Assembly: GCA_032718475.1 (NCBI GenBank)
Contig: JAUCBJ010008097.1
Coordinates: 1-44,840, forward strand
Direction of reading: 5' to 3'
Length of the DNA stretch: 44,840 nt
Origin: Nemertoderma westbladi
Lineage: Eukaryota; Animalia; Xenacoelomorpha
In this document: positions 1 to 11,516 of the stretch, one piece after another
How the letters are laid out: every line of letters begins with the position of its first letter
How positions within the stretch are numbered: position 1 is the stretch's first letter
Program-made: the position numbers and the translations under genes
Notes under the pieces: model-generated
The model's database searches: none
What the model was told of the DNA's origin: nothing
Seen by the model: the letters and a program-made list of their open reading frames with translations, nothing else

Positions 1-740
1 GAATTTTGATTTGCACAAATCACAGAAATATCGACTAGTTTTTGTAAACCAAAAATTGAATTTGATAGTAAGCACAGGTCGTCGGCATAAAGAAGATGGT
101 TGATTCTAATAGAATCAATCATACAACCTACACCGCTTTCTGTCAAAGCTATACTAAGACCATCAATGTACACACTATAGAATATGGGTGATAAGATCCC
201 ACCCCGTCTTGTACCATTTGTAACCTGGAATGAAGCAGAAAGCACCCCATCCCAAAGGACACGTAAAGATTGATTACGATACCAGTATTTTATTAAATTA
301 ACTATATAAATTCGTTCGAGAAGCTTCTTGAAAAGATTATAATGGTTGGTGCGGTCAAATGCTTTGGAAGCATCAAGCATACAAACGTAAACACAGGAAT
401 TCTGCGTGAGATAATAATTGACTATTTCTTTTAGGGTGTAAATACATGTTTCTGTACCAGATTTAGTTTTAAAGCCAAACTGGTTATCCGTAGTTACAAA
501 AAATTATACGCACCGTTCCAGAATAATCTTTTCAAGAAGCTTACTCAGAACCGTGGAAAGGGCAATGCCTCGGTAGTTGTCCTTACTGGTAAGGTCACCA
601 GTCCTGTCCTTAACAAGTGGTAATATGGTAGAGTCCATCATTGCTGTGTAACCATACCCGTACAATAAATGTTCAGCTGTAATATTGTCTGGCCCACTTG
701 CTTTACCAATAGATAAACTAAAAATTGAGTCCAAGCTCTT
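1..740 (-). pseudogene. Non-LTR retrotransposon (CR1/L2-group LINE) reverse transcriptase, degenerate, running off the window start
   Basis: Minus strand reads GKASGPDNITAEHL, NYRGIALSTVLSKLLEKII, NQFGFK, MLDASKAFDR, NGTRRGGILSP and LLYADD (YADD at 78-89), with frameshifts. Confidence 0.9.
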
Positions 741-789
741 TATATGTAACAGGGAAATGTGTTTGCGGTGGTATTCAAACGAATATTGA

Positions 790-1905
790 CAGCCCCACTG
801 TCACTGTCATCGCCCACACAATTATAAAGATCCTCAAAGTGGGATAGTAGTGCTAGTGATTGGGGCTTTTTCGCATTGAATGTCAAATCCACGAACCCAC
901 TTGATAAAACTCACAATCTTCTCCGGTAGGACACTCATACCCACGCCAGTGAGGAACAATTTCCGCTCGCGTTTGACTGTGTCGAATGCATCGGTAAGCG
1001 CCCTTGATAAACTTTCTCCGCTGTGGACGCCGCTTAAGAGGTGGTGAGACTTTAGGTTGTGTTCCTTGGGCCGGAGCCGATGACTGGGAAGGACGGTTAC
1101 CTCGGGGATTGGAACGAATCGGGCGGCTGTTCTTACCAACAGTAACATACTCAGAAGAACTATTAGCCGCATGTCTAGACCCAACCGTCTGGGCCCAGCT
1201 CAGTGCTGTTGTTTTACCAGTGGCATGCCGACTACCGGTACCAGTGTTGCAACCAGAAGACAGGGCAAGAGCACCAACATCACGAACAAGATTATCCATG
1301 TCAATTGGCACAACATCTGGAGATGCTTCGTCGGAGAGATCCGTAGCGTAGTCCAGTGCTGGCGGAAGGGAGCTCGGAGGAGCAAAGCGACAGTCTGCAG
1401 ATGACGAATTCGCTTCATACCCACTAGACTGATCTAGTCGAGCAGTTAGCGATGTACATACTGACTCCACAACTGCCAAACGATCCTGAAGGGTGCTGAC
1501 AGTTTTAAGAAGTGGCGCCACATCCGCCTGACATGACACAGGAAGAGTGGTTAGATCATTGGGAATGAACTCCGGAAACCCAGTGACGTCATCCCTAAGA
1601 CCGACAAAACCAGGGTAATCAAACCCCTCGAGAATGTCTACTATAAGATGTGGCGCAGGGCATAGCCACTATTTCTGTTCTTCAAAAAGATATGTTTGTG
1701 TTTATCCCTATTGGAATCAGGCAACAGTCCCAGAACTTACCTGTTTAGCATCGCGCAGTGAGCTGTCACTAAACTTAGGCCACGGCTGTACCGTAGACAC
1801 GATACTGTCCCTGGTAAACCCCTTAACATGTGACGCCCACAAGTACGCGAGTACGTCATTCTTGACATGACCACATAGTGGTCGGTTCATAGATTCGCTT
1901 GTCAT
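790..1905 (-). pseudogene. ORF1 (gag-like) of the same LINE, frameshifted
   Basis: Directly upstream of the RT on the same strand. N-terminal NDVLAYL and PEFIPNDLTTLPV, coiled-coil-like LQDRLAVVESVCTSL, a basic linker and an RRM-like KLFLTGV...IVSFIK are typical of invertebrate CR1/L2-group ORF1. No endonuclease is visible between ORF1 and RT. Confidence 0.6.
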
Positions 1906-2595
1906 TAACGTTCCTAGCAGATAACATTGACAAATCTAAATACTATGAATAATTCGGAACAATCTTCTAACTCAGATTAAATCAGTATATAAAGCAGTTA
2001 AAAAGCAAAAACAGCCCGGTACCGGTCGGGTAGTATAGCCTGTCGAACTAATGCGCAGCTCAATTGTTGAAATAGTAAAGTCATTCTTTGAACTTTACCT
2101 TAAACTTTAAACTCGTTACTCTCAGAATGTATTTTTTTCACAGAAAAAATTTATTTCTCAAACAATTGTCAATGAAATCAGTTGAAATATGGAACAGAGA
2201 TTCAAAATATTCTTGTCTCTAAGACTAGCAACAGATTTTGGCTAAAAATGCGGAGGGGCAATTTTAAAGCGAAGGTCCTGGCTAAATTTTAACCAAAATT
2301 GTTTGATAGCTTGGGATGCAACCACGAATTGAATCGATTCTCCAAATTTGAACTCAATAAAATCAAAATTGTTCAAGAAATTGCCTTTTTGGAGGTTAAC
2401 GTGCAATTTACGGGCAACTTTGAAAAAAATTGGATTTGCCATTACTAAAAGCCGGCCGCCCATTTACTCTAAGACCCAGCCGGATACCGTGACACTCACC
2501 AGACGATGTTTGATAGCATTAATTCCGATTTTTACTTAATTTTAAGATGCGGAAACATCACAAACTATGAAATATTGTATTTGGGGTAGCTACCA

Positions 2596-2617
2596 CCCCC
2601 CCCCCCCCCCCCCCCCC
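2596..2617. repeat. poly(C) tract, about 22 nt
   Basis: Seen directly. Confidence 0.95.
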
Positions 2618-2951
2618 CTTTACTTGCTTCAAAAGTATTAATTTTATCGGGAATTTTTTTTTCTTAAGGACATTTTCTCTACTTATGTTTATATTTATAT
2701 TATTTGTGTTATTCTTTATTTCCCTTATCTTAGTTCGTTTCTATGCAATGGAGGAAGGAAATTAATCTATTTTAATTTTAGATTTATAATTTTGCTTTTA
2801 GTAATTTACTCTTTGCACGTTAATTCCAATGTATTTTTCCACGTGGTAAGAAACATATAGGTTGTTTAATTCCTATGTTCTTACCTGCTATTCTAAACTT
2901 CATTCATATTACCAACCCTTTCATCTTGAACTTAATTACCGTTACATTACG

Positions 2952-4499
2952 ATGGGGTTAGTCAGGAAAACTGTAAAGGTTATTTTATTGGTTTTTATTA
3001 TCCTTCGAGTTTGTCTTTATGAGGACGGATATGCCCCGCTGTATCGAAATATTCACAATTTTATACAAAGTCAGTTTTACGAAGATGATAAAGGCGACTC
3101 GAATAATACGATTAGCCGATTTCATCTTATCGCAGATGAATCGATTCCCATGGGTACAGCAAATCGTTCTAGTCTCACAGCACCCATCGGGGTCATAGAA
3201 ATACGACCTTCATTGCTCCCAGGCGCTGGGCTGGGAGCTTTTGCTACGAAGGATCTTCCGCCCGGTACAATGTTCGAATATGAGGGAGTACTACGAGCTC
3301 ACGACCCTACTTTACTATCAGACTACTTGGTTAATGTTCCAAAATGGGATAACAAAACTAAATTGCTAACGATAGATCTCAGTGACCCATCCACCTCCAA
3401 TTGGGTGCGGTATATAAATGCCGCCAATTTTAAAGACGAGCAGAATATAGAAGGTATAATTATTAGTCAACATGCCTACGCCTACACTATGAGAAGTGTT
3501 ATGAAAGGAGAGGAACTGCTATCTTGGTATGGGAAATCCTATTTCGATACATTTATTCTGCCATCTCGTTCTGAAACGGCCCACACTCTGCGGATTCCCA
3601 GTGCTCGCAATATTCATGCAGTTTCTGAAAACTGCAAAAAAGACAATGCGATCCGTGGAGAGTCAATGAATTGCAGCAAAGAAGTGGAAAGTTTGATAGA
3701 ACTTACTTTTCCTGGTCCTCCGGTACTTGGCAACCCATCATTGTATATACAGCGTTATATTGCATTGATGGAGATCGCTCCTATTATAAATATAACCAAG
3801 TTGCATGTCTTCCACAATGCCCGTACAATACCTGGAATGATAAACCACGCGTGGCTCACTGTGCCACCAAGTCTCGAGGTCAAACAATCCAACATCCCCG
3901 ACGCGGGTCTAGGCACATTCTCTCTTACGGAATTGCCTTGCGGCACTCTGTTTAACATCAAAGGACAGGTTCTACTGGTTAACAACATGACTTCTGGTCG
4001 ATACAGCTCTAAAATGACATCACCAACTGATCCTTCTAAAAACGTTTATCTCGACGGTGAAGACATACGTTTCTCATCCTGGACTAGGTTCGTAAACAGT
4101 GCGAGGTTTGTCCAGGAGCAGAATCTTGTTGTGTTCAGTGACAATGGCCGTCTCTACATGACAACGATACGGATTGTACTACCTGGGGACGAGCTACTCA
4201 CATGGGATGGCTTGGAAAACGTCAGACCGGGGAATTACACATTTTTTGAAGGGCCTGAAGAACCACTAACGGTTCACTTGCCTGTAGGTATTGGTCAAAT
4301 GTACAGTTTATTCCAAGGAAACACTATCAAAGAATACGGTTCCTCTAAGGTTAAACTTGCAATGGCTCCCGTAAGACTCAACGAATCATTGAGTTCGTCC
4401 GAAGCATTGACGTTACTGAATGGAAATCTTCGTATTAGAAACAATACCGTGTTGCGAGATTATTTACGAACGATTGCTCAATGGGAAGTGCTGCAATGA
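2952..4499 (+). CDS. Tandem PR/SET-domain (PRDM7/9-like) protein with N-terminal signal anchor/peptide, about 515 aa, uninterrupted ORF
   Basis: First ATG at 2952 in ACGATGG context. SET1 (~3174-3542): NRSSLTAP..IRPSLLPGAGLGAFA...SNWVRYINAA...EQN...GEELLSWYG. SET2 (~3846-4211): VPPSLEVKQSNIPDAGLG...SSWTRFVNSAR..EQNL...PGDELLTWDG. Both match the PRDM9 pattern (PSGIPQAGLG; NWMRYVNCAR..EQNL; ELLVWYG). N-terminus MGLVRKTVKVILLVFIILRVCLY. No C2H2 fingers. Confidence 0.85.
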   Translation: MGLVRKTVKVILLVFIILRVCLYEDGYAPLYRNIHNFIQSQFYEDDKGDSNNTISRFHLIADESIPMGTANRSSLTAPIGVIEIRPSLLPGAGLGAFATKDLPPGTMFEYEGVLRAHDPTLLSDYLVNVPKWDNKTKLLTIDLSDPSTSNWVRYINAANFKDEQNIEGIIISQHAYAYTMRSVMKGEELLSWYGKSYFDTFILPSRSETAHTLRIPSARNIHAVSENCKKDNAIRGESMNCSKEVESLIELTFPGPPVLGNPSLYIQRYIALMEIAPIINITKLHVFHNARTIPGMINHAWLTVPPSLEVKQSNIPDAGLGTFSLTELPCGTLFNIKGQVLLVNNMTSGRYSSKMTSPTDPSKNVYLDGEDIRFSSWTRFVNSARFVQEQNLVVFSDNGRLYMTTIRIVLPGDELLTWDGLENVRPGNYTFFEGPEEPLTVHLPVGIGQMYSLFQGNTIKEYGSSKVKLAMAPVRLNESLSSSEALTLLNGNLRIRNNTVLRDYLRTIAQWEVLQ

Positions 4500-5559
4500 T
4501 ATCATTAACGTGGGAGGAAAAAAATGAACAACGAACAAAAATCAATTGTTCAAACAATGAACAAAAAGCGATGAACAAATTTCATCGCTCTACTTTGGAA
4601 ATTAGACGCAAATAACAGCTAATAACTACAAACTATAACCAGCTCTATTGACTTGTAGTTTATTGTTTTGGTTAGAATAACGTGCCACTACTGCTATCTA
4701 CTAATTTTCCTTAGTAATCTGATATTGTGGGCGAAATATTAATTCCCCGTAATGGGATTTGGTCCAGTTTCCTCCCTTTTCTCCATAAACGATATTCGAG
4801 TGATAGAAGATAGGACTACCTTACTTTATTGTATATCTGCTATGTATATTGTTTTACTGTACGTTTCGAATTTATCCCCACTTGCAACTTATAATTTGAA
4901 TCAATTAATAACATGCTATATTTCTGCACCAACTAAGTACTATGTAATTTAATGTTTGTGTGCATAAATTTATGATAATGTCTTGTTGGTATTTATGATT
5001 TATATCTTTATTATACATATCTATTATTCCAATTATTGCAATGCCGAGCTGAAAATATTAGTGCCATGCCCATGTCCGCAAGATATCTCGCTGAATATTT
5101 TTCAAACTTAGATACCTATTCTGCCATCATATGGTAGAACATCCTATCTCCTAAAACATCATTTTGAGTAAATTTATAAAACGTAAAACAACTTGGCAAA
5201 TGCTACTAATTTATTTAATGGCGGTACATATTGATGTTAAAATGTAGTCTATTTCCTCAAAATTGTTGCAAATATATAACAATTACAATATGATTGAATT
5301 AATTCGAAGAAAAATGAGGTTGAAAATGGAAAAGTCACTAATTAGTCAATTTCATTTATATTTCGCTTAAATTTAATACCCAAAATCAAATTCTATACGC
5401 GCCAAGGATATATAAAATGTCGTACAGTATTTTACGAGGCGTGATATAAAGTACTGTACTGGGACGCAGCAAACTTCGTCCACTTGAAACCTTCGACCGC
5501 GAGCAATCTTCGTCCTATCGCCCGGCGGAAACCTTCGCCCACTAAACAATCATTGTTTT

Positions 5560-5668
5560 GGTTAGAAAAAGCCGTCTCTGTAACCTGCTCCTTTCCCTCA
5601 ATTAGTAACAACATCGTTTATTTATTGTATCGGTTAGAAAAAGCCGTATCTGTAACCTGGTCCTTTCC
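5560..5668 (+). repeat. Local direct repeat of about 37 bp (ggttagaaaaagccgt.tctgtaacctg.tcctttcc), two copies
   Basis: Copies at about 5560 and 5632. Confidence 0.8.
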
Positions 5669-5783
5669 TTCTCTCTTACGGAATTGCCTTGCGGCACTCT
5701 GTTTAACAATAAAGGACAGATCCTAAAGAACACGACTTCCGGTCGTTATACAGCACTGTAATTCCATCACCAACTGATCCTTC
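5668..5783 (+). pseudogene. Diverged partial copy of the SET2 coding segment (3918-4037)
   Basis: ttctctcttacggaattgccttgcggcactctgtttaaca is identical to 3918-3958, and catcaccaactgatccttct matches 4018-4037; the middle carries indels. Confidence 0.85.
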
Positions 5784-6581
5784 TGATTGCTCTAATTTCC
5801 ATCGTATAACCTGCAGTGTACACAAGCGAATTCGTTTATTGTTAGTGAAAACGTGTTATTCTTAAAAAGTGAAATATAACAGCAGAAATTCTGGTATACT
5901 TCACATGGGACGATCTTCGCATAAAATATTGAATCGAGCGCTATAAAATACTATATCAGGAGAAACTTAAAGAAATATCAATTATTGTAGTAACCAATTC
6001 GTGTAATAACATCGTAGGAGAGAAATGTCTATAAATTCCTTGATTTTCTTATCGAATCCTATAAGGCCTGATATCCTGATATCACCTGATATCATTTCCC
6101 TTACGACAGAACACCTGTTGTATACCAACCCTGACACCACATCTAGGTCAATAGCTAACATTTTCAATGCTGCAATTATGCTTGGTGAAGTACCCTCATC
6201 CTTTGGGGAAAATACTATTACCCATACACCCCTACATACTGAGACATACAACAATACATACACATAAAGGAAAGATAAAGAACCCCCAGCTTGTCCCCTC
6301 ATATCGTCCGATTGCCTCTATTCATATCTTGGCAAAAACTTTTGAGGGAACAATTTTATCTATGTACTTCTCTGAGTACGATAGCTTAACACATACAAAC
6401 CAACTGGGGTTTAAAAAAGAATTGGTACTGATATGGCAATAGGACTTGCCCTGGAACCCCCACTACATGCTGCCAAATGGATATTAACACGGCATTTGAT
6501 GAGGTTAATCTTGTTATACTATTTCACAAGCTTTCAGTATCCATCAACCCATACACAATGTTTGGGTTGATGGATTCTGAA

Positions 6582-7774
6582 TTTTCTGAAAAGAAAGACA
6601 GGCATCTGGCTGTTATCTTTGTTGACTTCTTCAAGGCCTTTGATTCAGTCTCTCGCTCACGTATGTTCAGCATACTTTTATTATATTGGATTCCATATTG
6701 GATTATATTTGGATTATTGCAGCAATCAGATCAGTATACGATGGTTCGACAACATTTGTGTCTACTGTTGACGGTGACACAGAACCATTTGAAGTGTTAT
6801 GGGGCGTCCTCCAAGGAGACACACTTGCACCATTCTTGTTCATCATTGTGGTTGACTATGTTCTACGCATGTCCTTAGATCATCATAATGATGATGGGGT
6901 GATGGTAACTCCACCTACTGGCTCCAGAAGTCGAGGAAATCCTGCCAAGTACCTAACTGATCTAGACTTTGCTGATGACTCTCAGAATCATTAGAGGGAG
7001 CCCAACGGCTTCTCAGCTCATTAGAACATGCTGCTTCTAGTGTTGGTCTTTTTATTAACTCCAGAAAGACCAAAATTCTGACAGTTAACTTTGAAAGTCC
7101 TCAGCAAGTCTCTGATCGGATTAGCATAAGCTCAAAGGATGGTATGCTTGAGCATGTGGACGACTTCTGTTACCTGGGATCATGGATCCGGAAGTCAGGT
7201 GAGGACCTTCGAATACGTAATGGAAAGGCATGGGCAGCCTTGAATAGGCTTTCCAGGATTTGGAAGGCACCGAGAATTAATCGGAAACTTAAGGTCCGAT
7301 TAATTAGAGCAGCAGTAGTTCCAGTACTCCTCTACGGGAGTCCATGCTGGGCTCTAACTGCTGAGGACACCAAATCTCTGGATGGCACATTCACAAGAAT
7401 GCTACGCCGGGTACATTGTGTCAAGTACAATGCACACATCTCCAACCAGACACTATATAACATTGGAGGTGTCTCATTGGTTCCCCCAAGCTTGACACTA
7501 GAACAAAATCGCCTCCGCTTTGCAGGACATTGCTTTCGCCGTGAGGACCAGCCAGTGCATAATCTTGTACTTTGGCAGCCTCATGGAGTGAATAAGAATG
7601 GTGGAAAGCCCATGACTTTCTTGAGACGCATCTTAAAGGACACTGGCCTTGAAGATGCGGATGATCTAGCAAATGTCATGGGTGATAGGGAGTTGTGGCG
7701 GTGCAATTTTGTTGACAAGCCGGCACAGCATTCTTAAAAATGCAGCTGCAATGCAGCATGCCGATCCTAGTAGT
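6582..7774 (+). mobile_element. 5'-truncated RTE-clade LINE with (TAG)n tail and 36-bp target-site duplication
   Basis: FVDFFKAFDSV, GVLQGDTLAPFLF, TDLDFADD, FCYLGSWI, LLYGSPCWALT and RLRFAGHCFR are RTE hallmarks. Flanked by identical aacccatacacaatgtttgggttgatggattctgaa at 6546-6581 and 7775-7810. Confidence 0.92.
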
Positions 7775-8018
7775 AACCCATACACAATGTTTGGGTTGAT
7801 GGATTCTGAAATTTCTTAAATTGAAATTAAAAATTCTTAAATTGTCCTATGCCGCTATTATATGGCTTCTTTCTAAAATTTGGAGAAAAGATTGAATTGA
7901 AGGGGTACAGAATACTAAAAGGAGTTAAACAGGGATCAGTCCTATCACCTTTTCTTTTTAATATCTTACTTCACCAAAACTTAACATAATACAGACATAA
8001 AAATTGGGATGCGTTATT

Positions 8019-8345
8019 AGGTTCCACCTTGGTGTAGTGGTTGCATTGAATTCACATCTCCCGTAGGTCGTGGGTTCGATCCTCACATGGGCCAGGGCAG
8101 TTTTCGTTTAGACATGAATTCTTTAAAGGGACCAGCCAGGGCGTGAGTACTGGAGTTTCCTCTGGGGAGTAAAGTTCTGAGGGGACCGCACTGGAAATAA
8201 GTCGTCAGACTTTGTGCGTAATCCCTGGCCTAGTGGCCGAAGAAAATTTACTTTACTTTACTTTACTTTACTTTACTTTACTTTACTTTACTTTACTTTA
8301 CTTTACTTTACTTTACTTTACTTTACTTTACTTTACTTTACTTTA
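8019..8345 (+). mobile_element. tRNA-derived SINE, copy 1, with expanded (TTTAC)n tail
   Basis: A box TGGTGTAGTGG (~8030), B box GGTTCGATCC (~8073), tail 8247-8346; second copy on the minus strand at 9831-10113. Confidence 0.88.
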
Positions 8346-8346
8346 C
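8247..8346 (+). repeat. (TTTAC)n pentanucleotide microsatellite, about 20 units
   Basis: Seen directly; forms the SINE tail. Confidence 0.95.
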
Positions 8347-9269
8347 AGTATGGCATGGCATGGGTGGGAGCTATAGGATAGGCAGACGATTTTCTCCTTA
8401 TGGTGAAGCTACTGGTGAAGCTGAACTCAAGTTGATGATGAAGCACATATTCAACGCAGTTCCACAAACTCGACCTGGTCATTGAACAGTCAAAAACAAA
8501 ATGGATCTGCACCTCCCCCACTCCCCACCCAGCCTTCTTAGAAATTGACGATCTAATTATTCCAGAAAAAGCCAATCTCTGCTTCTTAGGATTCAATCTC
8601 GCAATATATAGGATAACATCTTTGTTTGGAGCCCTATCTAGAACGCAAACAGAAACCTTGGAGATGCACTCTAGGAAGCTGTTACGTCGACAACTCTGCC
8701 TGGGCAATTACATCGGCAATAATACCATCTATGGATTAATGGGATGTAGTTACATTGCGGATGAGGCTACAATTAGAACTATTATCCGCTTAGAATCATG
8801 TCCGAATGAGGTAATGCAAACTGGACTTGGCTATGCTCTGCTTTATAACACGTTCGTGGGGCCTTCGCGCAGCACGAAGGCTCAGTTATGAGATACAAAA
8901 TAAAACGGAGCAATTCCATCACTTCATCATCACATCAATTCAATTCCATCATTTAAGAAATTTAACCACACCGCCAATAAATCAAAGAAGAGAGGAAAGT
9001 ACTTCCCTTTCAACCAAATTATATAACAAATAATTCATATAACAAATTGTTAATCAGCTGTTTGGCATTGATTTTCCCCTGGAGATGGATGAATTTTTAT
9101 TGCATCGAATCGAAAGTCCCCCGCCCTCCCCATCTGTGGGATTCACCCCCTTGTGGTGGAGGCTCTGGGAGGATGGGATTCCCATTACAATGCCATCCTT
9201 CAGGAAATCGCGCGTCTGCAGAGCCTGCGAACTGCTGCGAACTCGTGAACTCTTGAGTCGAGGTTTGAT

Positions 9270-10636
9270 ATTATTACTTTCAGTGGAACTTTTCTGACCG
9301 ATAATATTGAGCTGGGCCCACTTAGCTTCGCTGGTTATACCTCTCCTTTCTGTGATTTTCGGGATTCAATGAAACCTCGTGGTGGCACTGCGATTTACGT
9401 TCGTAATGAATTGGATGTCACTGAGAGGAGTGACATTAAGATTATTGGACCGGAAAATAAGTGGATCCAGGTCAATCATCCACATTCCAATATACCGCTA
9501 ATAGTAGGTTGTATTTACCGTTCACAACAAGTTGACACTACTAATTTTATCTCGAACCTCGATTCAACGCTGCATACTTTGGCTGATAAAAATTATGATG
9601 TTATCGTTACAGGAGATATTAATATTGGTCTATATAGGAATAATGCTAACACTATTATTTCCCTGGATTATTTAGCTGCTTTGTCCTCCAATGGCTTCAC
9701 CCAGCTGATAGACAAACCAACCAGAATAACTCCATTCTCTCGTACTCTAATCGATCACATTAGTACAAACATTGAATCTTCCTTGTGTCACCATGGTGTT
9801 TTCCTCCATGAAATTGGCACATCTGACCATTAAAAGTAAAGTAAAAGTAAATTTTCTTCGGCCGCTAGGCCAGGGATTACGCACAAAGTCTGACGACTTA
9901 TTTCCAGTGCGGTCCCCCCAGAACTTTACTCCCCAGAGGAAACTCCAGTACTCATTTAGCTACCACTTAAGGATGCAAGGCAGAGATGCGCCCTGGCTGG
10001 TCCCTTTAAAGCATTCGTGCTGAAACGAAAACTGCCCTGGCCCATGTGAGGATCGAAACCACGACCTACGGGAGATGTGAATTCAATGCAACCACTACAC
10101 CAAGGTGGAACCTTTTATCTACTTTCATTTTGCTATCTGATTATAACACTTATTTTAAACCTGAGAGTTCCAAGACTAGTTACGATTTCTCTCAGTTTAA
10201 TAAAAATAATTTCATTGACAGCTTAAATAATCCTAATTTGTGGACTTATGTGAGTCTGAATGTCCCCTCTACAGACCGCTTCAATTACTTTTATGAGGAT
10301 TTCCAAAATATTTGTTCTCATCATCTCCCGACCAAAATAATAACAAAAAAAGATTTACCTAAGAAACCATGGCTTACGGCATCACTTCTGACTGCTATTA
10401 AACGGAAAGGCTATTTATACACAAAATCTGTTTAAAACCCATCTGAGTATAATCTTACGGCATATAAAAAATATAGGAACTTGCTTTCTTCTCTTCTCCG
10501 TGCAGCTGAAAAACAATATTATTCAAAAGAAATCGAGAACAATAAGTCGAGCATAAAAAAACCTGGCGTACTATAAATTCTGTTCTTCATCGCGGGAAAA
10601 ATCTCTCACTTCCCAAAAAACTAGTCTCCATTGATC
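9270..10636 (+). mobile_element. L2/Crack-like LINE fragment (APE endonuclease plus linker), split by a SINE
   Basis: RGGTAIYV, IVGCIYR, VTGDINI, PTRIT..TLIDHI and SDH; resumes after 10113 with KKPWLTASLLTAIKRK and YRN..S.LLRAAEKQYY; ends in a (TAA)n run at ~10637. Confidence 0.88.
9831..10113 (-). mobile_element. tRNA-derived SINE, copy 2, retaining a Deu/Nin-like central block
   Basis: Reverse complement of 8019-8255 plus about 35 extra bp (GCCTTGCATCCTTAAGTGGTAGCTAAATGAGTAC on the minus strand); inserted right after the APE SDH motif. Confidence 0.88.
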
Positions 10637-11516
10637 ATAATAATAATAATAAGAATAATTTTATTTATTTGCATGGAATTAATTTTGCACTACCAAATCT
10701 CGACATATTTTCCAATTTTATATCGCAATGCGACACTATGTCTTGGGTTGGTGCGCGAAAAAATTTATAGACACCTTTAACACACACCTTTATTCAACTC
10801 CAGATAACTAACGGTTGTTCTTGTGGTAATAAATTGGTCTGAACAGCCAATAGAGATTTAACATCTGCAACGAATGCATTCAACCCCGATGCGAAATCCA
10901 CCTGCAGAAATCATCAATAACCACAGTTGCCACAGCGACAAGTCACTGTGGCAACAACTAATTACCACCATCAACACTATATACAATAGCTAATCAACCA
11001 AAGCCCAACTCTAAATCAAAGCCACCTTAATTTATTAAGATGCCTTGGTATAAGATATATTATTAATAATATTTTAGAAGTTTCCATGGTGCTACATTTC
11101 AACAATGGAGGCAGGTGTTCTGCTACTCTCTGTCACATTCCAGTGATATCGAGGCCGCTGTACCCGCAGTAAAACTAATATACTGCCCTTTCAGTGGTTA
11201 AGATTCCCATGGCAACATCGAACACATTTCAATAGAAGCTTTATAGGAAACCAATTATTATTATCTAATATAAATTTGTGTGGGCTGATCAAATCCATCG
11301 CCACAATTCATTTTAAATTAAATATTGTTTGGAAATATTTTTCTACATTATAACTCATTATTAACACACAGCATAAAATATAGTATTCTTTCAGTAAGCT
11401 ATCATATTTTAAGGAACTCCGAACTCCCGCGCCCAAGAAGAAAAATGAAGGCTGCAATTATTTGTCTGGTAAGTATATTGTGGTAGTTACTGCCGCCAGC
11501 TCACTAGAACTTTACA
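10121..11516 (+). repeat. Copy 1 (left part) of a 1509-bp tandem duplication; its remainder is 29016-29126
   Basis: Near-identical to 29127-30524. Confidence 0.95.

Larger units (their letters stand above)
6020..8890 (+). mobile_element. Old degenerate LINE RT, interrupted by an RTE and a SINE
   Basis: LTTEHL, SYRPIASIHILAKTFE, NQLGFKK and MDINTAFDEVN lie before 6581. GVKQGSVLSPFLFNI resumes at ~7921 and G*ADD (ggataggcagacgat) lies at ~8376, after the SINE. Ends are approximate. Confidence 0.8.

Noticed and set aside
1004-1870. Plus-strand ORFs overlapping LINE ORF1
   Set aside because: Antisense shadows of the more GC-rich ORF1.
2862-2951. 30-aa N-terminal extension from a TTG start
   Set aside because: Eukaryotic context favours ATG 2952. 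An upstream exon spliced at the AG at 2859-2860 cannot be excluded.
2952-4499. Naming the gene PRDM9
   Set aside because: It lacks KRAB, SSXRD, zinc knuckle and zinc-finger array and has two PR domains; this is similarity, not demonstrated orthology.
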